A DNA stretch of 64,000 bases. It comes from Rebecca billardiae RCC1528. Its lineage: Eukaryota; Protista; Haptophyta. A program made the position numbers and the translations under genes. The notes under the pieces were generated by a model. The model had not been told where the DNA came from and ran no database searches. It worked only from the letters and a program-made list of their open reading frames with translations. Positions within the stretch are counted from its first letter, which is position 1; every line of letters begins with the position of its first letter. Below, piece by piece: positions 44,422 through 55,400 of this stretch. The stretch covers positions 1,426,001 through 1,490,000 of the forward strand of contig OZ251231.1 in the NCBI GenBank assembly GCA_965240325.2, given 5' to 3'.

Positions 44422-45648
44422 ATGATGGCGGCAGCCGTCGCTCGCGGCGCGCGACATCTTCTCGTGCTGGCCGCGGCACAGGCCGCGCGCCTTCCACACG
44501 ACGACAGCCGGCGCATGCTGGGCGTCACGCACGTGCACTTTCACAAGGCGGGCGGCTCGTCTATGGACGGCTACCTCGCCGCCGCGGGCTGGGAGCGGGT
44601 GGGCGACAGACTGCGGAAGAACCTCGCGGTGCGCGCGGCGCTGGGCGTGCCATCCAGCGTGGACGACGGGTGGGATATCACCGACTACCTGAACTGGACC
44701 GACGGCATCACGCCGGCCATCGAGGTACTGCAGCTTGCTCACGGCTCGGGCGAGATCGTTTTCGAGCGCAGCTTCCCACCGCCGCACATCACGGCAGCGC
44801 TCACGTGCGTGACCGCAGTCGTCACCTCGCTCCGCCGGCCGTTTGAGCGATGGGCGAGCCAGTACGAGCGCGAGCTGTTTATCCGTTGCAGGTACATGCG
44901 TCGCACCAAGTTCACGAGATGCGCGCTCGCGTACAACGTGAGCGTCTACGCGACCGCGCCCAATGAGCGCGACCCCTACCGTGCGACCGCCGCGCCAAAC
45001 TATTACGTGCGCTCGATGCTCGGGCGGACGCTGGAGGCGGCGGTCGGCGGCGTGACGACGGCGCAGCTTGAGCAGGCGCAGGGCCTGCTCACGCGCTTCG
45101 ACGCGGTCGTGTACGTCGAGCAGCCGGATGACGTCAAGCTGGCCATCCTCGCCGCGCGCCTCCCGCCCTCGCCCCACGCTGGCGCGGGATTACCCGCTTC
45201 TTACCCGCACTCGTCCAACAACGGGCTGCATCACGGCCACGGGCCTCTCGTGTCCGCGTATCAGGCGCTCAGGATGAGCCGCCCAGACGCGCTCGACCCG
45301 CGGGCGCCTGCGCACCGGGCGCGCTTCGACGCGGAGAACGGCCCGGACGAGGCCTTCTACGCCTTTGGCACGGCGCTCTCCGATGCGATGGCGGCAGAGC
45401 TGACGCGCCCGTCGCGCCGCGGCCCGGCGGCGCGGCTGCTGGCTGTCCAGGACTCGGAGCCGGACGGAGAGCAGCCGAAGACGGTGCCAACCACGCACTC
45501 GCTCGGCGCGCCTACATCCGGCGGTGCTCCCGCGCATCAAATCAGTTCCCGCTCGTCCGGCCGCCAAGACACTGGCAACAAAGAATGCCGCCACACCTGG
45601 CGGCTGTGGCAACCGGGCGAGGACGCCGCAGGCGCATCAGCCGACTGA
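44422..45648 (+). CDS. Golgi-type carbohydrate sulfotransferase (Sulfotransfer_2-like)
   Basis: It has a signal or anchor, the 5'-PSB HVHFHKAGGSS, the 3'-PB TSLRRPFERWASQY, PNYYVRSMLG and LEQAQGLLTRFDAV. The likely ATG is 44422; an upstream in-frame ATG lies at 44350. Confidence 0.8.
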   Translation: MMAAAVARGARHLLVLAAAQAARLPHDDSRRMLGVTHVHFHKAGGSSMDGYLAAAGWERVGDRLRKNLAVRAALGVPSSVDDGWDITDYLNWTDGITPAIEVLQLAHGSGEIVFERSFPPPHITAALTCVTAVVTSLRRPFERWASQYERELFIRCRYMRRTKFTRCALAYNVSVYATAPNERDPYRATAAPNYYVRSMLGRTLEAAVGGVTTAQLEQAQGLLTRFDAVVYVEQPDDVKLAILAARLPPSPHAGAGLPASYPHSSNNGLHHGHGPLVSAYQALRMSRPDALDPRAPAHRARFDAENGPDEAFYAFGTALSDAMAAELTRPSRRGPAARLLAVQDSEPDGEQPKTVPTTHSLGAPTSGGAPAHQISSRSSGRQDTGNKECRHTWRLWQPGEDAAGASAD

Positions 45649-45729
45649 GTGAGCGCAGTAAGTGGGAGGGCGCGCGCGGAGTAGACAACGGTGCAGGCGC
45701 GCTCGGGGATCGAGCCATCGACTGCAGAC

Positions 45730-45755
45730 TATCTATCTATCCGGATCTCGTCTCG

Positions 45756-45822
<67 letters not shown>

Positions 45823-45935
45823 ATCGATCTCTCTCGATCTCTGCTCTCTCTCTCGATCTCGATCTCTCTCGATCTCTGCTCTCTCTCTCTGACTCTATAT
45901 AGCTGAGGAGTCTCTCTAGAGCTCTCTCTCTCTCA
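45730..45935. repeat. Interrupted (CT)n microsatellite
   Basis: Long CT runs are interrupted by cgat units. Confidence 0.95.
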
Positions 45936-46595
45936 TCTAACTTCGACGTGGTCTCGGATGCAACTCGGGCTAAGCCTACGAAGCGTCAGGCTCAGCTAGA
46001 GTGCGCAGCAGCAGACACGTACTACATAGAATGCGTCCGCGCCTTCCAACCAGGTCAGGCAGTGCGGCACCCGCAGCCCTGCCCCCCTGACTGAGGGAGC
46101 AGGGCCGGGATGGATGGAGCACCGCCTCGGCCTGGCTGGGGGCACGCGGCGGCGACGGCAGATGCCGCCGCGGCCGAGCGCCTTCCGGAGCACTTGGATG
46201 AGGGTGAGGTCGTAGTCAATGTCGCTGCCCGCCGACCTAGCGGCGAGCAGCTGCGGCAGACGGCAGCCGCGGCTGTCGCCCCCGTGCGCCCGCGTGGGCG
46301 CCTGGATGAGGATGAGGTCGTAGTACAGTATGCGTCGCCGCGCGCCGCGGCCAAGCGGCGCGCCGCGCAGCTGCAGCCAATAAGAGGGGCGGCTTGGAGA
46401 GTGAGCGCGCCGCCTAGTGCGCTCTGGGCGATGAAGCGGATGAGGTTGTAGTCGACGTCGCAGCCCGGCCCGCCGGCGGGCTGCTGCAGATGCAGTGCTT
46501 GATGCTGATATATATATACGATCTGATGAATATAAGCTTATTAAATGCGCGTCAGCGCCAGCAGTGTCATCAGCGCACGATGCCAGCTGAGCAGT

Positions 46596-47456
46596 TCAGG
46601 GTCGGCGGAGCCTGGCGAAGTCCTCGCGAATGTCTTCCATGCGCCAATTGTACGCATTCCACCAATGGGATACGTCGTCGAGATTCGCATCGAGAGGCGT
46701 GTCTGGGATGCCAGCCAGTGCCCACACCATCGCACGCGCCTGCCGGGGAGATGCGACGACGTTGGCAAACGGTACCTCGAGCCAAGGAGTGCTGTGGTTC
46801 GCAAGCGTACTGCGCGCCCACGCGTACCATTTGCGTTGCTCTCGCTTAAAATGCCGCGACGCATTCGCGGGATCGCATGGCGGGCGCGCTCGCCCGGTCC
46901 GGTTTTCGAGCTGTGCATGCTCATTCGGATGGTGGGACCAGTCGTTCGTGCGAGATGCCCAGTGAAATGAGCACTCGACCTGCGCTGCGGGTCGTTCGAC
47001 GATCACAAAGCGCACACTTTTGAGATGCGCGAGATCTTGAAGGACTGCTCCCGGCGCCGTGTGAGTGCGGAACAATTTGATGACCACGGTGCACTGCTGC
47101 GCGCACGCTCTGTTGGCCGCGAGCTTGCTGTAGTCCTGGCAAAGAGCACGGCGCGTGCCGAACAGCCGTTCCAACGGCGGTCGCGATAGGTCGAAATAGA
47201 GCTCGGGTACGATATGCTGAGCAACGGCGCGCGGATGTTCCCTGCGGTGCACAAGGAAGCCCGGGTTGAAGAACTCGTCGAGCCCGATCACGCACGGATG
47301 GTACTGTAGCGCCGTCATGAAGGTTGTGGTGCCCGCGCGCATCGTCCCGACGAGGACGATGATGTCCGCAGGTGGCAAAGGCGAGCAAGAGGACGTGGAA
47401 GAAGGTAGCAACACCGCAAGCGAGAGCCATCGTGCCCAGACCGCTTGCCTCGCCAT
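46596..47456 (-). CDS. Stf0/Sulfotransfer_3-like sulfotransferase
   Basis: A signal MARQAVWARWLSLAVLL starts at ATG 47456. Motifs are VGTMRAGTT....LQYHP.V....EFFNP, VIKLF, FVIVER and VPFANVVASP. Confidence 0.75.
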   Translation of the reverse strand: MARQAVWARWLSLAVLLPSSTSSCSPLPPADIIVLVGTMRAGTTTFMTALQYHPCVIGLDEFFNPGFLVHRREHPRAVAQHIVPELYFDLSRPPLERLFGTRRALCQDYSKLAANRACAQQCTVVIKLFRTHTAPGAVLQDLAHLKSVRFVIVERPAAQVECSFHWASRTNDWSHHPNEHAQLENRTGRARPPCDPANASRHFKREQRKWYAWARSTLANHSTPWLEVPFANVVASPRQARAMVWALAGIPDTPLDANLDDVSHWWNAYNWRMEDIREDFARLRRP

Positions 47457-47733
47457 CCCTCCGAGCGAGATGCACACCGCGGGTCCAGACGGCAGCGATC
47501 CCGGTAATCTGGCCTCGCGAACCTTGGTTCCAACTTCCAACCACACCGGAGTAGCGTGAACTCATCACGGCCTTCTCAAGGTCACCGACGATGATGTCGC
47601 AAACTTTCGCGAACCGTACGCGAACCGATATTTATTCGATGGTTCCCCAGACCGAGGCCAGCCGACGTGGCGAACGAACGCGAACCTACTCAACCTAGGC
47701 GAAAAGCCGGTTCGTAAACCCGGTTCGCGAACT

Positions 47734-48260
47734 TTTTACGAACCGGGACCGCTGCCAGTTGGACGGCATCCGGTTTCAGATCGGTGCCCGTTACTTTTCC
47801 GAATAACGAAACACAATGGCGGCGGCGCATTATTTCGAACTCTCTAGCAGCTGCTACTCTGCTAGTCGTCGTCGTTATTGTAATTCATCAGCATTACATC
47901 TACAGTGCGTATCATTATAAAGGCGTCAGACGGAAGCGCCGAGCCTGCCCCGCCCGTGCCCGAGCAGCTGAGCCTGCTGCCTGCGCCGCGAACGTTGTTT
48001 TACGAACCGGGACCGCGCTGCTGCTCACCAGTTGGACGGCAGCCGGTTTCAGATCGGTGCCCGTTATACTTCTCCGAATAACGAAACACAATGGCGGCGG
48101 CGCATTATTCGGCATTATTCGCGACGAACTCTCTGTATAGCTATAAGCTAAGCTATAGTCGTCGTCGTTATTGTAATTCATCATTACATCCGTACAGTGC
48201 GTATCATAAAGGCGTGACGGAAGCGCCGAGCCTGCCCCGTGCCCGAGCAGCTGAGCCTGC
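47734..48260. repeat. ~250-bp diverged tandem duplication (about 47734-47976 and 47998-48260)
   Basis: Shared blocks occur twice in the same order: ttttacgaaccgggacc, ccggtttcagatcggtgcccgtta, ccgaataacgaaacacaatggcggcggcgcattatt and gcccgagcagctgagcctgc. Confidence 0.9.
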
Positions 48261-48294
48261 GCCTGCGCGCCGGCCCACGGCGCCGGAGGCCCAC

Positions 48295-49398
48295 TCACGC
48301 CTGGAGCGCGTTGATGATGCTCGCCATAGAGCCCGCGAGGCACTCATTGACAAAGTCGCCGAACGGCGTGCCGCCGCCGAATGCGCGCTCGAAGAGCGCG
48401 GGCGCGATCACAACAAGTGCGATGATGATGGGCTCCTGAGAGAGGGCGCGGGGGCGCCGAGCGCGCGGCGCGAGCGCAGAGCGGCGGCGGGCGTGCAGCG
48501 TGAGCGTCGATCGGGAGGCGGGCGCGCGCGGGCGCGCGCGCGCGGCGCGGGCGGCACGCGCGCGGCCTGCTGCCTGCTGCGTGCGCACCTCGACGCCCAG
48601 GCTCTGCACCTCCGCCAGCCCCCACGACATCATCATGAGCCGCGTCTGCTCGTTCCCAAACTGGCGCGCGTACACGACGGCTAGCATCGCCATGGCGGTG
48701 AAGGCGGCCCAGACGGCGAGCCACGCGATGGCGAGGCGCACGCGCGGCGGCGGCGAGCAGCGCGCGAGCGCCGCCCGGCACGCGCGGAGCCGGCTCTCCC
48801 GCCGCCGCTTCTCGCGCGCCGCCTCCTCCTGCGTGCGACGCAGGCCGTGGGCGCGCGCGCGCGTGCGGTCAGTGGTGCGCGTGCGCGGTCAGTGGTGCGT
48901 GTGTGCGGTCAGTGGTGCGTGTGTGCGGTCAGTGGTGCGTGTGCGCGGTCGGCGGTGCGGCCCAGGGCAGCCGTGCGGCGCGCGGCGGCCGCGGCCGGCA
49001 GCGGGTGCACGCTCGGAGGTGCGGAGTGGCGCGCGGCCCGCCACGCGCCTCGCCCCGACGCGCGCCCACACACGCCCGCGCGCGCACCTTCACCATCCGG
49101 TCGTACCACCCCACCAGCTCGGCGAAGCTCACCAGACCGTCCGCGTCCAAGTCGAGCTCGTCGGCGACGATGCGCACGCGCCGCCGGCCCATCCGGAAGC
49201 CGAGGTCCTTGAGGAGCGCGCCGAGCTCGTCGATGTCGACCTGGCCCGAGCCGTCGGCGTCGTACCGCACGAACTTGCGCCGCAGCAGCCGCAGCGTCTC
49301 CGGCTCCAGGTCGTGCTCCACCTCCTCGCCGCCCAGCTCCGAGTCCTCCTCTGCAAAGTACACGCCGTCCGCGGCGCGCGAGCCGCCGCCGCCGCCGA

Positions 49399-49429
<31 letters not shown>

Positions 49430-52400
49430 CGAGGGCGTGGCGGGGGCGTGCTCGGCGGGGCCGATGGACGCGCCGCGCGGCGTGGCGCGCGACAAGGCGG
49501 CGCTCTCGGCGTGCGACGCGACGCGCATGCGCACGCGCGGCCCGCTGCTCGCCGCCGACGGCCGCGCCGCCGCCCCGCGCGCCGCCGCCCCCGTCACCGC
49601 AACGGCGCTGGCCGCCGTTGTGAACTTGAGAAGCGCCGGCCGCGGCGCCGAGGGCGGGAGCTCGCTCGCCGCGCGCACGGGCGGCGCGGTGGGCGAGCGC
49701 GGGCGCGGCGGCGAGGGCGGCGGCTCGTTGTACGCCGGCGGCGGCGGCCCGCGCTCACCGCCACCGCCACCGCCACCGCCGCTGCCGTCGGCCGCGCCGC
49801 CGCTCGCCCACGCGGCACTTGCCGGCGTAATGCTGGGCGGCAGCACAGAGCCCAGCGCTCCGCCGTACTCCCGCGCGCGGCTCATGCGCTCGGCGGGCGA
49901 GAGCGGCCGCGCCGGGTGGACGGGCGGCCGGCCGGACGACGCGTACACCGCCGCGCGCCGCGGCTCGAGCGACGACGACGACGACGACGGCCTCCTCGGC
50001 GCGGCCGGCTGGCAGCGCGCGCCGCTCGGCTCGCGGTGCGGTCGCGAGGTCTGAGGGCGGGCGGGCGGACGCGTGCGCACGGTGGGCGTGGCGGACGCGA
50101 CGGACGACGCGGGCGGCGAGGACGGCGCCGTCGTCGGCGCTGGCTTGGCGGGCTGCGCCGCTGGCGCCGCCGGGGCGGGCGTCGCGCGCGTGAAGACGCG
50201 CCCACCGCCGGCAGCGGCGGGCTGCGCGCCGCCGGCAGCGGCCGGCGCGCCGGCCGGCGCGCCGGCCGGCGGCGCTCGCGGGCTGCGCAGGTGAAACGTC
50301 TGCCACAGCAGCGCGAGCGTGTTGCGGTCGACGCCGCCGCCCTCCGCTGTGTCCAGCCTGCGCGTGATCTCGTTCAGCCGGCGCACGCGCCGCCGGTCGT
50401 GCGAGCGCGGCGTCGGCTCGGCCGAGCCCGCCGCCGAGCAGCCATCCGCGACCGGCTGCGCGCACACGTCCGCTCCGCCCGCCATCGCCTGGCGGAGCGC
50501 GCGCAGCTTGGTGCTCGAGCGCGGGCGCTCGGGGCGCTCGGCGTCGTCGACGCCGACGCGCGCGTGCCTGTACTCGTCCAGCCGCGCGCGCGGCGTCGGA
50601 CCGCCGCCCGCCACCGCCTCGAGGCGCTCCTCGGCGGCGGCGGAGAGCCGCGCGCTGCGCCGCGCGCTCCGGCGCACGCCGCCGCCGCCGCCGCCGTCCG
50701 CGCCGCCGTCGTCGCCCTCGCTCCCGCCAGAGTCGACGGCGCGCGAGCGCGAGCGCACGCCGCCGCCGGCCGAGCCGCCGCGCGCGTGCGCGGGCGCGGC
50801 GTCGCCCGCCTCGCTCCCCGAGTCGGTCGTCGCGTCGTCCTCCTCCTCCTCGTCCCCCGAGCCCTCGGAGCGGGTCAGGTCGGCCTCGACCTCGGCGGCG
50901 CCGCCGCCCTCGGGCGCGATCCGGATCGCGCGCCGCGCACGCCCGCTGGAGGGGCGGGGCGCGGGCGGCGTGGGCACCGCGGCGCTCTGCCCGTCCCACG
51001 GCGCGCACACCGGCTGGGTCGGGTCTCGCGGGCTCGCGCCGCACGACGCCGCCGCGTGCTGCGCGCGCCACAGCGCTCGCTCGCCGCCGGACGCCGGCGC
51101 GGCGCGCCCGCGCGCGGAGCTCGGCCGAGAGATCGGAGCGGCGCGCGGCGCGGACTCAAAGCGCGCGCGCAGCGAGGGCACGCGCGCGGCGGGCGGGCCG
51201 ACCTCCGCGCCCTCCTCGGGCGAGATGCGCGCGACCTGCGAGCGCGGCGTGAGCGCGGCGGGCGCGAGCACGCGCGCCGCCGGCGCGCCCACCTCCGCGC
51301 CCTCCTCGGGCGAGATGCGCGCGACTTGCGAGCGCGGCGTGAGCGCGGCGGGCGGTGCGAACACGCGCGTGGCCGCCAGTGCCGCGCCGCCCGCAACGTC
51401 CGCGCCCTCCTCGGGCGAGATGCGCGCGGCCTGCGAGCGCGGCGTGAGCGCGGCGGGCGCGAGCACGCGGCGCGTCGCCGCCGCGCCCGCCTCCGCCGCG
51501 CCCGCCCGCGCCTCGGCGCCCGCCGGCGCGTCGCCGGCGCCAGCGTCGGCGCGCGCCGCGCCTTCGGCCGAGTCCGCGCCGCCCGCGCGCGCGCCCGCCT
51601 CGGCGGCGTGCGGGCGCGAGCGGCGGAAGCTCGCGACGGGCGAGCGGCCCGCGGAGGACGGGCGGCTCGGCGACGCCGCGCGCTGCTCGGGCAGCGCGAC
51701 CACGCCGAGCTGCGCCGCGCGCAGCGTGCGCCGCACCGAGAAGCGGAAGACCGAGCGCTCGCGCGCCGCCTGCGCGGGCGTGCGCTGCGCCGCGCCGGCC
51801 GTCGCGTCCGGCTCGCCCTTGAGGAGCAGGCCGAAGGCGCGCTCGGAGAGCGTGCCCGAGCTGCGGCCGTAGCCCCACGCGAGCACGAGCTTGTGCACCT
51901 CGAGCGCGGGCACGAGCAGCCCGCCGGTGAACAGCGCGGCGAAGACGATGTGCACGAGCGAGACGGCGGCGCCGTCGGCCGTCGTCGGCGCCGGGTCGGC
52001 GTCGAACAGGATGCACGAGATGAGAACGCCCAGCATGGCGACCGACCAGAAGAGCTGGCAGAGCTCGGCGCGCTTCGCGTCCTCGGGGTCTCCGAACCAC
52101 AGCCCGAGCACCGTGTGGTCGCTCTGGATCTTGTCCAGCACGCGCCGCACCACCTTGGTCAGCGTGTGCTCCGTCTTTGGGTCCCCGCCTCGTAGCTTGA
52201 GGGCGGCGCCGAGCGGCACGCCTGCGCGCTCCGCGTCCGCGCGCACGTCGTCGCGCGCGATGCGGCCGCGCGCGTGGCGCTGCAGCACGAGCGCCGCGCG
52301 CTCCGCCTTCGCCGCCAGCGCGTCGTCCACCGCGTCCAGCCGCGCCTCGAGCCGCTCGGCGAACGTCGCCGCCCGCGCCTTGCGCTCGAGCTCGGCCTGG

Positions 52401-55400
52401 GCCGCGCGCGCGCGCCGCTCGCTCGCGTCGCGCTTGTCGCGCGCGGCGAAGAAGAGGAGCGTGAGCGCGTTGGCGCCCGCCATGCCGAGGACGAGGCCGT
52501 ACACCCACGGGTTCTCCGCCAGCTCGGGCGCGGCGAGCACCGCGAAGTCCTCCCCCGACAGCGTGTTCACGTTGAACGACTCGGCGTCCGAGCTGAACTG
52601 GTCGGCACTCGTCGGCACAGAGAGACCTCCAAAGTCGGTGAGGTGGTCGCACGCGCAGTACAGCCAGTCGGGCTTGGCGCCGGCCGGGAGCTCGCGGTCC
52701 TCGGAGGGGAGCGTCTCGCACCCCTCGCTCGACCAGCGCTCGCGCGCCTCGTCCCAGTACTGGCACGTGTCGCGCAGCTCGCACGCCGCGCCGTACCACG
52801 GCGGAGGGCACTCGCACGCGCCACCAAAGCACGGGGAGCGCCCGTTGCACTCGTCGAACTCGACGCACGTGCCGGTGGTGCCGTAGACCTTGGCGGTGGG
52901 CCTGGCCTGCTGCAGCGGCAGCGCGACGATCAGCGGCTCCGCCAGCCCGCCGATCTCGAGCTCGTCGCCCGACGCAGCCGAGCGCAAGGTCACGGACAGC
53001 ACGCCCGTGCGCAGCCCGCTGCCCGCGCCCGAGCTCGCGCCGAGCGCCAGGCTGACGCCGCCGCCGCCGCCGCCCGCCGTCGCGTTGGCGCCGTGGGCGA
53101 CGGCGTGCACGTTGCGATCGAACGAGGCGAACACGACGTCCACGCCGCCGCTGAGCGCGCCCGCCGGCTGCCCGTCGAGCAGGCCGGACGGGACGGCGAG
53201 AGACGCGGCGCCGCCCGCGCCGCCGAGCGCGCCGCCCGCGCCCGCGCCGCCAAAGCCGAGCAGCGCGGCCGGGTCGACGCGCGTCGCGCTCAGGTTGAGG
53301 TTGGCGCCGAGCACTTCGAGCGGGGGCTCGCCCACCACCGCGCCGGCGAGCAGCGCGCCCGCCAGCCCCGACGCCGCCGCGCGCGCCTCCTCCTCCACCG
53401 CGCCCAGCTCGTCCAGGCTCAGAACGCTCGCGTTGGCGCCGAGCACGCCGTCGATAGTGCGAAAAAGCGCGGCGGCGGTGTCGGCGTCGACGCCGACGGC
53501 GGCAGACTCGCGCGCGAGCGAGGCGGCCTGCGCGATCGACGACGCCTGCGACGGCCCGTCGAGCGGCACGCCGCTCGAGACCACGCTGTCGAGCACGCCC
53601 GCGCTCAGCTTGCGCGACGTCGCCGTCGAGACCGCCACCGCCGCCGCGTCGCCGAGCACGGCGATCATCTCGCGCACGACGGCGGACGCGCTCTCGTTGG
53701 CCGAGTTGGACGCGTCCAGGAACGGCGCGCACGGCACGAGCGACTGCGCGAGCGCGCCGAGGATCTGCTTCGCCGCGTCGCCGCTCGCGCGCTCGACCGC
53801 GTACCGCGCGCTCTCGAGCGCGCCGGGCACGGTCGCGCCGCACGTGCTCGACGGGAGCGGCAGCACGAGCACGTCGACGGCGGCGGCGGCCGCGGCGCCG
53901 AGCGCGTCGAGCACCTCGACGCCGAGCGAGAGGTTGCCCGCGGGCAGCACGGCGCGCGCGGCGGGCGTGCGCAGCGTCTCGCCGAGCGACGCGCGCGCGC
54001 CGCTGCGCGCCGCGGAATACGAGAACGCGTAGCGCAGCGGCAGGTCCTCCGGGTCATCCGCCCAGCCGAGCGCCGAGAGGGCGTGCGGGGAGATGAGGGC
54101 GAACGCGCCCGAGCGCGGCGAGACGCGGAGCACGCCGCCGTGCGGCGGCCGGTTGATGAGCACGCGCACCTCGGCGCTCGCCACCTGCTCGCTCCCGCGC
54201 ACCTCGAGCCGGAACGCGTACTCCGCGCCCGGCGTGAGCGCGCCCGAGCTGAGCGCGAGCGCCGCGCCGCGCACGCCCGTCGCCGAGACGCCCGGTGCGG
54301 TCAGGTCGAACGGCACCTCGGCGCCGCCCACGATGGCGGCCGCGCTCCACAGCCGCGAGTACGACACGAGGCCGCGCGCCTGCAGCGAGGCGGAGGCCTC
54401 GTCGAGGCTCGTGCTCAGCACGAGCCGCTGCGTCGGCCGCTCCCACGTCGGGTTGTGCTTGCGAGCCTCGAGGGGCGCAAACGAGATCGAAGGCACCACG
54501 CCCGAGATCACCCGCACCCGAACGGACGCGCCGGCCGGTGCGAGGCCGGGCTTGGAGAGGGAGAGGCTCGCGCGCCACACGCCGAGCGAGAGCGTGCCGG
54601 GCGGCACGAGCAGCGCGCGCGCGTTGTGCACCGTCGCGTTGCGCGCCACCGCCTCCGCCAAGCCCACCGCCGCCGCCTCCTCCGCGCCGCCGCCGCCCGC
54701 ACCGGCAGCGCTGCTCGCGAGCTCGAGCGACCAGCTGAAGCGGAGCGCCGCATCGGGCACGCGCGCGCCGCTCGCGTCGAGCGCGCGCGGCACGTTAGGG
54801 TCGGACGAGGCGGAGGCGTCGACGTTCAGCTCGGATGCGTCGGACGCGCGCCGGTCGCCGCCGGCGATCACCGCGCGCAGCGGCTCCGGCACGACGCGCA
54901 GGCGCACGCTCGCGGAGGTGCGCGCGCTCGGCTGCGCGCGCATGAACGCCACGAGCTGAAGCGTGTACGTGCGGCCGGCGCGCAGCGAGAAGGGCGGGAG
55001 GAGCAGCGTGGCGCGCGTGGCGGCGGAGAGGTCGAGCTCGGCCGCGGCGTCGGGCTCGGGCTCGCCGCTCTCCGACAGCGTCGCGTTCAGCGCGCGCCAC
55101 TCGAAGCCGACCGCCGCGCCCTCGCCCACCGCCCAGCACTCGGCCAGGCTCGCCGCGCCGAGGAGGAGCGCCTCTGCGGACGCGCGCACGGCCTGCTCGA
55201 ACGGCCCGTCGATCACGAGGCTGGGGCTCGGCACGGCCGTGCGCGACACCTCCCACTCCGCCACATTCGACGGCACGCCGAGGAACGACGTCACGCGCAG
55301 CTGGAACACAAAGTGCTCGCCGCGCACGGACGGCAGCTCGAGCGCGCGCGTGTCGGGCGGGAGCGCCGCCAGCACCGCGTTCAGCTCGGACGCAAAGTCG

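Noticed and set aside
45585-45906. SL-repeat ORFs
   Set aside because: They are translations of the (CT)n microsatellite.
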